Shown here piece by piece: positions 9,501-18,345 of a DNA stretch of 64,000 nucleotides. Position 1 is the first letter of the stretch, and every line of letters begins with the position of its first letter. The DNA is from Acidobacteriota bacterium (GTDB lineage Bacteria > Acidobacteriota > Terriglobia > Terriglobales > Acidobacteriaceae), in NCBI GenBank assembly GCA_046727255.1, contig JBKPCG010000034.1:6465-70464 (forward strand), given 5' to 3'. The notes under the pieces are model-generated. The model had not been told where the DNA came from, did no database searches, and saw nothing but the letters and a program-made list of their open reading frames with translations. Both the position numbers and the translations under genes were made by a program.

Positions 9501-10460
9501 TCACGCTTCCACTTGGAAGAACTGCGCCATATTGCGGAACTTCGCGTAGCGGGCATTGAGAAGATCGCTCACCGGCAGTCGTTTCAATTCCGCTAACTGT
9601 TGCTGCAACACGCCGTCCAGTAACTCAGCAGCCTGAGCGTGATCGGTGTGGGCGCCTCCGGGCGGCTCCGTCACAATCCCGTCGATGATGCCCAATTCGC
9701 CGAGGTCCTTGGGAGTAATCTTCATGGCAGCCGCAGCGATGTTGCGCTTGGTTGGGTCCCGCCACATGATCGAGGCACATCCCTCCGGCGAGATTACCGA
9801 GTAGATCGAATTCTCCATCATCAGGACACGATCGCCAACGGCGATGGCCAGTGCGCCGCCGCTGCCTCCCTCGCCCGTAATTGTCACTATAATGGGAACT
9901 TCTATCCTGACCATCTCGCGCAGGTTGTAGGCGATGGCCTCGGCCTGTCCCCGCTCTTCCGCGCCCAATCCCGGATACGCACCGGGGGTATCTATAAAGG
10001 TAAAGATCGGCCGGCGAAACTTGGCTGCGACCTGCATCACTCGCAACGCTTTCCGGTAGCCTTCGGGATTCGGCATTCCGAAATTGCGATACACCTTCTG
10101 CTTGGTGTCGCGAGCCTTTTGGTGGCCGACGACAAGAACTTCTTCCGCGTGGAAACGCGCCATGCCGCAGACGATTGCCGGATCGTCGGCAAAGCCGCGG
10201 TCGCCGTGGATCTCGCTCCAGTCGGTGAAGATGCGCTCCACGTAATCCAATGTGTAGGGGCGCTGGGGATGACGCGCCATCTCGGTGCGCTCCCAGGGAT
10301 TCAGGTGGGACGAGACTTCTCGGCGTAGATCGTTCACACGATCATGCAATTGCTGGACCTGGCGGCGGGTTTCTTCGTTCTGCCCTTCCAGAGCCTGCAA
10401 GCGCTCGATCTGCTGCTCGATTTTTTCCAGTTCCTGTTGGGCTTTGAATCCAGAATCCAT
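9501..10460 (-). CDS. accA: Acetyl-CoA carboxylase carboxyltransferase alpha subunit
   Basis: ARHPQRPYTLDYV, FIDTPGAYPG and GEGGSGGALA motifs. I picked the Met at 10460 (320 aa, with ARHPQRPY at about residue 63 as in E. coli AccA). The track ORF extends to 10592. Confidence 0.9.
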   Translation of the reverse strand: MDSGFKAQQELEKIEQQIERLQALEGQNEETRRQVQQLHDRVNDLRREVSSHLNPWERTEMARHPQRPYTLDYVERIFTDWSEIHGDRGFADDPAIVCGMARFHAEEVLVVGHQKARDTKQKVYRNFGMPNPEGYRKALRVMQVAAKFRRPIFTFIDTPGAYPGLGAEERGQAEAIAYNLREMVRIEVPIIVTITGEGGSGGALAIAVGDRVLMMENSIYSVISPEGCASIMWRDPTKRNIAAAAMKITPKDLGELGIIDGIVTEPPGGAHTDHAQAAELLDGVLQQQLAELKRLPVSDLLNARYAKFRNMAQFFQVEA

Positions 10461-10618
10461 CGTGTTGAGATTTCCATTCCCGTCGACGTTATGCGCTTCC
10501 ACCATCGACAGCAAAAACTCGGTCCCCATAATGGCGGGAATCCCGGCGCTGCTCCCGGAATGTTGCGCTCGGGTTATTTTCGCTCGACTCACTCGCCGAA
10601 CCTGTTAACGGGTAGGGA

Positions 10619-13600
10619 TTAACTGATTACGCGCACGCTGCCGCGTCCGCACAGCTCTTCCACGCGGCCAATGAAATTCCGGTCCGGCATCACATTATAG
10701 CCTTCGGCTTCCATCACCACCATGAAATCGCCCTGCCGTTCGACGTCGAACAACACTTTGGCCTCGCCCGGGCGGTCGTGAAACAGGGCTTGCAGGGCGC
10801 CAACTGTGTCTGCGGACGCGCTTTCAAGAGGAATACGGATGCGCAGCGCCTTGGGTAGCGGAACCTTCGCCTCATCGAGCGGGATGATGTCGTTGACCGT
10901 CAACTTTGCATTCGCGCCATCTTCAATACGTACGCCCCCACGGATCAGCACCGGAACTTCAAGTTTCACTTTCTCCCCAAGTTTCCGGAAGGACTCCGGG
11001 AAAATCAGCAATTCCACTTTTCCGGACATGTCTTCGAGTCCGCCTTGCGCCCACAGTTCGCCTCGCTTCGACTTTGCTACTCGCAAGCCCGTGATTAGAC
11101 CGGCAGTGGTGATGTTTTCATCTTTGTTCGTCGACCGCTTCATGCCATTGATGTCTTCAGTGCAGAGGGCGCTCAGGTCGAGCAGCTTCTCTCTGTATTT
11201 TTCCAGCGGGTGCCCGGTGATGAAAAATCCTAGAATCTCTTTCTCGGCGGCCAGGCGGGTGTGCTCATCCCAGTCCGGAGTCTCGGGAAGAGCGTTGTTG
11301 TCGTGCGGGGCGGGCTCGTCCGCGAATACGCCGAAGAGCCCGTGCTGGCCGGATTCGGCGTCCCGTTGGGTCTTCTGGGCGCGGTCGATGGCTTTGTCGA
11401 GCGCCTGCATGAGTTGCGCACGGCGGCCGAGAGAATCCATGGCTCCGCTCTTGATCAGCGACTCGAGCACGCGCTTGTTGAGAAGCCGAAGGTCCACTTC
11501 TTCGCAGAATTCAAAAAGCGAGCGGAGATTCCGGCCGAGCTTCTTGCGCGCTGCAACAATCGACTCGATCGCATTGCCGCCGACATTCTTCACTGCCGCC
11601 AGTCCGAAGCGGATCGCCTGTCCATGCGGAGTGAAGTTGGCATCGCTCCCATTGATATCCGGCGGCTCGACGGCGATGCCCATCTCGCGGCATTCGTTGA
11701 TGTACTTCACCACATCGTCGGTACTGCCCGTGACCGAGGTCAGCAACGCCGCCATGAACTCGAACGGGTGGTGCGTCTTCAGATAAGCAGTGTGATACGC
11801 GAGAAGAGCATAGGCGGCCGAGTGCGACTTGTTGAAGCCGTAGCCTGCGAACTGCGCCATCAGGTCAAAGATCTTTTCAATCTTCTTGGGCGGATAGCCA
11901 TTCTTGACGGAACCCTGTACGAAGCGCTCCCGCTGCGCCGCCATTTCTTCGGCTTTCTTCTTGCCCATGGCGCGGCGGAGAAGGTCGGCATCGCCCAGGG
12001 AGTATCCGGCGAGGCGATTGGCGATCTGCATTACCTGTTCCTGGTAGACGATGACGCCCAGCGTTTCCTGGAGAATCTCTTTCAATTCGGGCAGTTCGAA
12101 TTCAACTCTCCTGCGTCCATGTTTGCGCTCGACGAAATCGTCAATCATGCCGCCCTGGATCGGACCGGGACGGTAGAGCGCGTTCAAGGCGGTCAGGTCC
12201 TCAATCGAGTTCGGGCGGTAGCGGCGAAGGACGTCTCGCATGCCGTGCGATTCAAACTGGAATACGCCCGAGGTGAGTCCGCTGTGGAAGACTTTTTCGT
12301 AGGTTTCCTGGTCTTCGAGCGGGATGTCATCGAGTGTGGCGCGGGCGCCGCCGCCCGCGTCTTTCCCTTGAGTCTGGGCGATCAACTTGAGTGTGTCATC
12401 GAGAATAGTCAGCGTTGTCAGCCCAAGGAAGTCCATCTTGAGCAGGCCCATCTTTTCGATGGCAACCATGTCGAAGGCGGTGACGATTTCGTCGTTCTTG
12501 GTCTTGTGCAGCGGCACCAGTTCGATCAAAGGCCGCGGCGAAATCACCACACCCGCCGCGTGCACGCCCGAGTTGCGGACCAACCCTTCCAGCTTCCGGG
12601 CAGTGTCCAACAACTGTCGCACCTGCGGGTCTTTGTCGTATGCCTCCTGCATTTGTGCTGATTCTTTGATCGCGTCGTCGAGCTTGATGTTGAGCGTGGT
12701 CGGAACCATCTTGGCGATGCGATCCACGTCGGTGTACGGCATATCCATTGCGCGGCCGACGTCCTTGATCGCGGCTTTCGCCGCCATGGTGCCGAAGGTA
12801 ATGATCTGCGCTACGTTTTCTCGGCCGTACTTTTCGGTGACGTAATTGATCACCTCGCCGCGCCGGTTCATGCAGAAGTCGATGTCGATGTCAGGCAATG
12901 AAATGCGCTCGGGGTTGAGAAAGCGTTCGAACAGGAGCGCATGCTGGAGTGGATCAATATCGGTAATGCCTAGGGAATAGGCGACCAGAGCGCCGGCGGC
13001 TGACCCGCGGCCGGGGCCTACGGGGATGTTGCGTTCTTTCGCATAGCGGATGAAGTCCCACACGATCAGGAAATAGCCGGAGAACTTCATCTGCTGAATG
13101 ATCGCCAGCTCGCGCGCCAGACGCTGCTCGTAGTCAGAGAGCGGATGCTTCAGCCGGCCCTGCTCCGAGAGGACGCGCAGGACGTCCAATCGCCGCGCGA
13201 ACCCTTGCCTGGTAATGTGCTCGAAGTAAGTGTCGATCGTGAATCCGTCGGGAACTTCGAAATGCGGGAACGGGGTTGGAACTTTCTCGAGCCGGAGACT
13301 GCAGCGCTCGGCGATATCGATAGTGCGCGAGAGCACTTCGGGAGAGTCCTTGAACACGCGATACATTTCGTCGTGACTCTTGACGAAAAACTGCGTGCCC
13401 TCAAATTTCATCCGGTTCGTATCCTGAATGGACTTGCCGGTCTGAATGCAGACCATGACATCTTGCGCGTGAGCGTCTTCTTCGCAGAGATAGTGGCTGT
13501 CGTTGGTGGCAACCATCGGCAGCGCTAGGTCTTTCTCCAGTTGGAACAAGCCGGAACGAATGCGATGCTCTTGCTCCAGCCCCTGGTCCTGAATCTCAAG

Positions 13601-14125
13601 AAAGAAATTGTCCTTGCCGAATAAGTCTCGATAGAACCCAGCCGCCTCGCGCGCGGCGTCGTAGTTGTTCTCCATCAGGCGCTCGGCAACTTCGCCTTTG
13701 AGGCACCCGGAAAGTCCGATCAATCCCTGGGAATGCTCGGCCAGAAATTTCTTGCTGACGCGCGGTTTGTAGTAGAAGCCGTGCAGCGACGCTTCCGAGG
13801 TGATCTTGACCAGATTGCGATAGCCTTCCTCGTTCTCGGCCAGAACCAAGAGGTGGTTGTAAGTGTCGCCATCGGGCGGAGTACGCTCGATGTTGTGGTC
13901 GTCTTTCTTGCACACGTACAGTTCGCATCCCACGATCGGCTTGACGCCTTCTTTGTGTGCCGCATTGACGAAATGCACGGCTCCAAAAATATTGCCGTGA
14001 TCGGTCATGGCCACGGCCGGCATCCCGAGCTCTTTCACACGATGGACGAGCTTTTCGACGTCGCAGGCGCCGTCCAGAAGCGAGTAATCGGTATGAAGAT
14101 GCAGGTGGACGAATTGATCGCTCAT
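10619..14125 (-). CDS. dnaE: DNA polymerase III alpha subunit
   Basis: MSDQFVHLHLHTDYSLLDGA is a PHP-domain start, and the full-length Pol IIIa core follows. I picked the start at 14125 (1168 aa); the track ORF extends to 14299. Confidence 0.95.
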   Translation of the reverse strand: MSDQFVHLHLHTDYSLLDGACDVEKLVHRVKELGMPAVAMTDHGNIFGAVHFVNAAHKEGVKPIVGCELYVCKKDDHNIERTPPDGDTYNHLLVLAENEEGYRNLVKITSEASLHGFYYKPRVSKKFLAEHSQGLIGLSGCLKGEVAERLMENNYDAAREAAGFYRDLFGKDNFFLEIQDQGLEQEHRIRSGLFQLEKDLALPMVATNDSHYLCEEDAHAQDVMVCIQTGKSIQDTNRMKFEGTQFFVKSHDEMYRVFKDSPEVLSRTIDIAERCSLRLEKVPTPFPHFEVPDGFTIDTYFEHITRQGFARRLDVLRVLSEQGRLKHPLSDYEQRLARELAIIQQMKFSGYFLIVWDFIRYAKERNIPVGPGRGSAAGALVAYSLGITDIDPLQHALLFERFLNPERISLPDIDIDFCMNRRGEVINYVTEKYGRENVAQIITFGTMAAKAAIKDVGRAMDMPYTDVDRIAKMVPTTLNIKLDDAIKESAQMQEAYDKDPQVRQLLDTARKLEGLVRNSGVHAAGVVISPRPLIELVPLHKTKNDEIVTAFDMVAIEKMGLLKMDFLGLTTLTILDDTLKLIAQTQGKDAGGGARATLDDIPLEDQETYEKVFHSGLTSGVFQFESHGMRDVLRRYRPNSIEDLTALNALYRPGPIQGGMIDDFVERKHGRRRVEFELPELKEILQETLGVIVYQEQVMQIANRLAGYSLGDADLLRRAMGKKKAEEMAAQRERFVQGSVKNGYPPKKIEKIFDLMAQFAGYGFNKSHSAAYALLAYHTAYLKTHHPFEFMAALLTSVTGSTDDVVKYINECREMGIAVEPPDINGSDANFTPHGQAIRFGLAAVKNVGGNAIESIVAARKKLGRNLRSLFEFCEEVDLRLLNKRVLESLIKSGAMDSLGRRAQLMQALDKAIDRAQKTQRDAESGQHGLFGVFADEPAPHDNNALPETPDWDEHTRLAAEKEILGFFITGHPLEKYREKLLDLSALCTEDINGMKRSTNKDENITTAGLITGLRVAKSKRGELWAQGGLEDMSGKVELLIFPESFRKLGEKVKLEVPVLIRGGVRIEDGANAKLTVNDIIPLDEAKVPLPKALRIRIPLESASADTVGALQALFHDRPGEAKVLFDVERQGDFMVVMEAEGYNVMPDRNFIGRVEELCGRGSVRVIS

Positions 14126-14331
14126 TGGGGAACAGGGGCAGACATTGGTTCTAGCTTCTATTCTAGCGGCTTGGCGAAGATGCGCAACGCCGGAGAATGG
14201 TGCAATCCGGGGCCGGTGGTAGGATGCTTTCAGTGAAATTGACAAGTAAAAATCGCGCGGCAATGGCGCGCCGGAGATCAAAATCGGGCGTATCCACATC
14301 GGGGACGCAGAAGCGTTCTCGGCGATTCGTC

Positions 14332-14499
14332 ATGTGCGTGCGTAATGACGAGAATCCTGCCGCGCTCAAACTGCGAAAGACATATGAGGTCGTCCCGGAC
14401 GCCAAGGCTGCCGCAAATCATTTGATTCGTGTCGTGGACGAGCTGGGCGAGGATTATCTCTACCCGGAAGACTATTTCGTCGCCGTAAAAAATTCCTGA
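14332..14499 (+). CDS. Small conserved hypothetical protein (about 55 aa)
   Basis: MCVRNDENPAALKLRKTYEVVPDAKAAANHLIRVVDELGEDYLYPEDYFVAV resembles a widespread family of about 60-aa proteins (…YxVxPD…GLIRVIDESGEDYLYP…). There is no clear SD sequence. Confidence 0.5.
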   Translation: MCVRNDENPAALKLRKTYEVVPDAKAAANHLIRVVDELGEDYLYPEDYFVAVKNS

Positions 14500-14556
14500 C
14501 GGCGGTCCCGAAAAGTAGGTGTCGCACGACGGAATCTGTGTCGCCAATGGTCTTTC

Positions 14557-14634
14557 GCCCCTTCGGGGCTGAATCAATTCCCAGAATCACCCACGGCTTG
14601 CGCCGTGGGCTTTAATCTTGCGCCGCTTCGCGGC
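14557..14634. repeat. REP-like element made of three tandem GC hairpins
   Basis: The hairpins are GCCCC-ttc-GGGGC (about 14557-14569), CCCACGGC-ttgc-GCCGTGGG (about 14590-14609) and GCCGC-ttc-GCGGC (about 14622-14634). They lie between convergent genes. Confidence 0.6.
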
Positions 14635-14649
14635 TGGAGTGCGGCTGAG

Positions 14650-16248
14650 CTAGCGCTTTTTCTTGGCCTTGGGTTTGCTCTTTGCTTTGGCGGCGGACTT
14701 GGCTGCAGGCTTGGCGGGCTTGCTCGAGACCTTCTTGGCTGGAGCTTTCTCGGGCTTGGCCGGTGCTTTGTCCGGTTTACCTTTGACAACCACTGCGGAC
14801 TTTGGCGCGGTTTCTTGCTTGGGCGCGGCTGCAACAGGCGCTACTGCTACTGCTGCCTTTCCTTTTCCCTTGACGCCCGGCTTGGCGGGAGCAGCCGGGG
14901 CTGCTGCGGCAGCTGCGGCGGCGGCTTTGCCACGTCCTCGTTTCGCGGGCGGGGGCGGCGGAGGTGGCGGGGGCGGGGGCGCAAGCGGCTTCAAGAACTT
15001 GAGAGTTTCGGTCCGCGAACGCAGCTTCCCGTCCAACAGCATGAGGAAGACATCGTTGGCAATCTTGGGATACGTCGGGAGCTGCGGAATGATGTGCAAT
15101 TCGGTCATCTCCGGGAGCGGAACCTTTTGCTGCACCTGACGCCATTTGGTGAAGAAGTTCTTAATCTTCTGGACGACGGACTGCTGGCGCGCGGTGACCG
15201 CGAGGAACAGAACCATCTCCGGCCGCGCCGACGACAACAGCTGCCAGGTTCGCGACGGCGTCGCTGCCTCCTTGCCCGATAACCGCTTGGCCAGATCTTT
15301 CGCGTGATCCTCAAGATCTTTCCAGGCCTCAACCAGATCTTTGCGAGGAATTGCTTTGCGGATCTCGGCTACATCTTTGTCGCCCAGGCGTGCGCTCAGG
15401 AAATGGAGAACAGCCGGGGCGACATCGGGCGAATACCCTAGCTCGTTCATCTGCTGACGAGTCTTCATCAGCGCGCCCAGGCCGACAGTGTCCGCCTTGG
15501 CTGAACTCCAATGGGCGTTCAGCACCTTCAGCCATCCCTCTTTTTCGTACACCTTCAGGATGTTGAGAGGATCGTCCTCATAGGCAAGCTGCTCGATCTC
15601 GTGGCCGACGGCCGAATGCCGGAGGTATTCGATGTAGCCGTTTTCCTTGGCGGCGTCGTAGCGCTGCTGGGTGCGCTCCTCCATCGGCCAGTGAAAGCGA
15701 GCCGCAAAGCGCGTGGCGCGGATCAGGCGCGACGGATCTTCCAGAAACGCGTAGTTGTGCAGCACGCGCAGCAGCTTGGCCTCAATATCGGCGGCGCCAT
15801 TGAACGGATCCATCAGTAAACCGCGCGACCCCTCATTGAGAGATAGAGCCATCGCGTTGACGGTGAAATCGCGCCGCCGAAGATCCTCGATTATGGTGGC
15901 GGGCAAAATGTGCGGAGGCTTGCCGGTCTTTTCGTAGCGTTCCGAGCGCGCCATGGCGATCTCAGCTCGCACGTTGCCGGGCAGCGTCAGCAGGAGGGCT
16001 TTGGTCTCATCGTCAGCGTCGCCCACCACCGCGCCGGCGCGCTCCAGATCTTTCTGTAACTTGAGTGCATTCCCCTGAACGGTGAAATCCAGATCGCGGA
16101 TGGGAAAGCCGGTAATAATGTCGCGAATGGCGCCACCGGTGAGGTACAGGTTCATGTCCGCCGCTTTGGCGACGTCCTGTACCAGGGTGACTGCTTTTTG
16201 CTGGTCCGGCGAAAGCCGGGTCTCCAGGGTGTAGATGTAATCGGCCAT
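14650..16248 (-). CDS. Poly(A) polymerase / CCA-adding nucleotidyltransferase family protein with a Pro11 tract and a ~110-aa Ala/Lys/Pro-rich basic tail
   Basis: The N-terminus LYLTGGAIRDIITGFPIRDLDF matches the GGxxRD...DxD head domain. The C-terminus is PPPPPPPPPPPAKRGRGKAAAAAAAAAPAAPAKPGVKGKGK...KAKSKPKAKKKR. Confidence 0.8.
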   Translation of the reverse strand: MADYIYTLETRLSPDQQKAVTLVQDVAKAADMNLYLTGGAIRDIITGFPIRDLDFTVQGNALKLQKDLERAGAVVGDADDETKALLLTLPGNVRAEIAMARSERYEKTGKPPHILPATIIEDLRRRDFTVNAMALSLNEGSRGLLMDPFNGAADIEAKLLRVLHNYAFLEDPSRLIRATRFAARFHWPMEERTQQRYDAAKENGYIEYLRHSAVGHEIEQLAYEDDPLNILKVYEKEGWLKVLNAHWSSAKADTVGLGALMKTRQQMNELGYSPDVAPAVLHFLSARLGDKDVAEIRKAIPRKDLVEAWKDLEDHAKDLAKRLSGKEAATPSRTWQLLSSARPEMVLFLAVTARQQSVVQKIKNFFTKWRQVQQKVPLPEMTELHIIPQLPTYPKIANDVFLMLLDGKLRSRTETLKFLKPLAPPPPPPPPPPPAKRGRGKAAAAAAAAAPAAPAKPGVKGKGKAAVAVAPVAAAPKQETAPKSAVVVKGKPDKAPAKPEKAPAKKVSSKPAKPAAKSAAKAKSKPKAKKKR

Positions 16249-16554
16249 GCCTTCCTAGTCGCCGTGCCGGGGCTGGAGCGGGGCGTTATTCACAAGATTT
16301 CCACAGGCGGGCGTATTGGGCCTGATGAGACTGCCCTGCCCAGCAGAATCTAACTCTCTCTAGACATTAGAGTTATACAGTGAGCCCTGAATTACGGCAA
16401 GCAACAGAAAATAACACAAAGGTTTACCGTTTGGCTACTGTGAACGGACAAACTCGCCCAATTCGGCAGGAAAGTGCGAGAATCCCACTGGCAGCCTTCA
16501 AAATGCGCAGCGGACTCCGCTCTCCGCGCGGACTTTGAAAGCGTCCCGGCCCCT

Positions 16555-17031
16555 ATGCCTTCGACCCACAAGAAAGTCATTGTACGGAAAGCTGACCGCG
16601 ACTCCGTCAGCGGCTACGTGTCCCCGTCGAATTTTGTCGTCGATGGCAAGCTGGAGTTGCTCAATACCTCCGGCAATGTGGTAGCGGTGGACCTGCGGGA
16701 CATCAAGGCAGTTTATTTTGTCCGCGAGTTTTCCGATTCAGAGGTCATGAGCCGGAAGACCTTCACGACCCGGCCCCGAACCGAAGGATTGTGGGTGCGC
16801 CTCAAGTTCAAGGACAACGAAGTGATCGAGGGCCTCATGCCCAACGATCTCGCCCAGAATCCCGCCGAAGGATTTCTGATTAACCCTCCTGATCTAAGGT
16901 CGAACACGCAGCGGGTTTTTGTGCCCCGTGCTTCGTTGACTTCGGTAGCGGTGATTGCGGTGATTGGGGCGGCCCGTCGGCGGCGCAAGGGGCCGCCGGA
17001 TACGCGGCAAGTTACGCTGTTTGAACCGTAG
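16555..17031 (+). CDS. Conserved hypothetical protein (about 158 aa)
   Basis: The ORF shows protein-like composition from MPSTHKKVIVRK... I picked the internal Met at 16555. I do not recognise a domain with confidence. Confidence 0.55.
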   Translation: MPSTHKKVIVRKADRDSVSGYVSPSNFVVDGKLELLNTSGNVVAVDLRDIKAVYFVREFSDSEVMSRKTFTTRPRTEGLWVRLKFKDNEVIEGLMPNDLAQNPAEGFLINPPDLRSNTQRVFVPRASLTSVAVIAVIGAARRRRKGPPDTRQVTLFEP

Positions 17032-17036
17032 AAGAG

Positions 17037-17203
17037 CAGGTGTCAGGTCTAAGGTCTCAGGTCTGAGGAAACCAACCGCTCTTCTTTGCGTCCTTTGCGA
17101 TTTCTCCGGGAGCTTTGCGGTTAAAGGCTTTTCCGTTCCTCCTACAATCTCTAATTGAGGGGGGAGCCTTTCCTGACACCTAACACCTGAGACCTGACAC
17201 CTG
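17037..17203. repeat. Heptad-periodic inverted repeat (NCAGGTS subfamily) with a nested 'TGCGTCCT...GCGGTTAAA' unit in the spacer
   Basis: The left arm is CAGGTGT CAGGTCT AAGGTCT CAGGTCT GAGG (17037-17068). The right arm is CCTGACACCTAACACCTGAGACCTGACACCTG (17172-17203). The outer 14 bp are perfectly complementary. The element starts 5 nt after the upstream stop codon. Confidence 0.75.
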
Positions 17204-17231
17204 ATCCGCTACAATTCCCCGAGACTCCGCC

Positions 17232-18236
17232 ATGAAACTCATTGCCATTGCTTCTGCTCTGAATGCTCGCGTCGAGAACGGTTCGGCTGACATCGACATC
17301 ACTGGCGTCGCCGGCATTGAACAAGCTGGCCCCGGCCAACTTACTTTTGTCGCCAATGCCAAGTACGCATCGGCTGCGAAGACTACGAAAGCTTCTGCTG
17401 TGATTGTTGCTGAGGACTTCCCTGCTATTCCGACGGCGATGTTGCGCAGCAAGAACCCTTATTGGGCATGGGCGAAGGCGCTGGAACTTTTCTACCAGCC
17501 GCCGGAATATGCCGCCGGAGCGCATCCGACTGCGGTCGTCCATCCTTCGGCCAAGATTGGAAAGAAGGCCCACGTCGGCCCCTACGTGGTAGTCGACGAA
17601 GACGTCGAGATTGGAGACAACGCTGTCCTGCTTGCTCATGTCGTTATTTATCGGGGGGCGAGGATTGGCGACAATTTCTTCGCGCACGCCCATGCCGTGG
17701 TGCGCGAATTCTGCCGGCTTGGAGACAACGTGCTGCTTCAGAACGGCGTGGTCATAGGTTGCGACGGGTTTGGCTTTGCCAAGGACGATTCCGGTCACTG
17801 GCACAAGATCGTTCAATCGGGCACGGCTGTCCTGGAAGACGAGGTCGAAGTGCAAGCCAATAGTTGCATCGATCGCGCCAGTATCGGCGAGACTCGCATC
17901 GCGCGCGGCGCCAAGGTCGACAACATGGTCCAGGTCGGCCACGGCTGCACTGTGGGTACCGACACGCTGCTGTGCGCGCAAGTCGGCCTGGCCGGGAGCA
18001 CCGACGTTGGAAACAACGTGGTCCTCGCCGGACAAGTTGGAGTTGCGGGACACTGCAAGGTCGGGGACGGCGCGATCGCCACCGCCCAGAGTGGCATCCC
18101 TAACGACGTACCATCCGGCGCGACCGTCAGTGGCTATCCCGCGATCGATAATAAGCTGTGGTTGAAGTGCTCGGCGGCATTCCGGAGGCTGCCAGAGATT
18201 GCCAGGGCGGTGAGAAAGATTTCGGATCGAGGTTGA
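17232..18236 (+). CDS. lpxD: UDP-3-O-(3-hydroxyacyl)glucosamine N-acyltransferase
   Basis: 334 aa with the LpxD N-terminal domain followed by hexapeptide repeats (…GDNVLLQNGVVIGCDGFGF…). Confidence 0.92.
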   Translation: MKLIAIASALNARVENGSADIDITGVAGIEQAGPGQLTFVANAKYASAAKTTKASAVIVAEDFPAIPTAMLRSKNPYWAWAKALELFYQPPEYAAGAHPTAVVHPSAKIGKKAHVGPYVVVDEDVEIGDNAVLLAHVVIYRGARIGDNFFAHAHAVVREFCRLGDNVLLQNGVVIGCDGFGFAKDDSGHWHKIVQSGTAVLEDEVEVQANSCIDRASIGETRIARGAKVDNMVQVGHGCTVGTDTLLCAQVGLAGSTDVGNNVVLAGQVGVAGHCKVGDGAIATAQSGIPNDVPSGATVSGYPAIDNKLWLKCSAAFRRLPEIARAVRKISDRG

Positions 18237-18294
18237 GGCGCTCTACGCGTTTCCGAAGCCGCCTGCGTCTGATTTTTGGTTTGACAAATGCGGA

Positions 18295-18325
18295 GGGCGC
18301 ACTTCAAAGCTGCGCCCCCTTTCTA
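18295..18325. terminator. Hairpin GGGCGCA-cttcaaagc-TGCGCCC followed by CCTTTCT, between convergent lpxD and the amidase gene
   Basis: A 7-bp GC stem read from the sequence with a pyrimidine/T-rich tail on the + strand. The position fits a terminator that serves both genes. Confidence 0.5.
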
Positions 18326-18345
18326 CCATTAGATCCAAGACAGAA

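Noticed and set aside
10806-12661. 326-aa and 466-aa + strand ORFs
   Set aside because: They are antisense to dnaE and have Ser/Arg-rich or Val/Asp/Leu-rich shadow composition.
14605-15282. 225-aa + ORF and 158-aa + ORF rich in G/R/C/L or A/G
   Set aside because: They are antisense to the low-complexity AKP tail of the nucleotidyltransferase gene, so they are an artefact of the repetitive GC-rich tract.
16322-16329. CTGATGAG (hammerhead ribozyme core) in the 16249-16554 divergent promoter region
   Set aside because: No stem II hairpin followed by CGAAA, and no appropriate stems I or III, could be drawn. It is an isolated 8-mer match that could occur by chance.
17151-18053. 300-aa minus-strand ORF
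   Set aside because: It is antisense to lpxD, whose hexapeptide-repeat reading frame is unambiguous.
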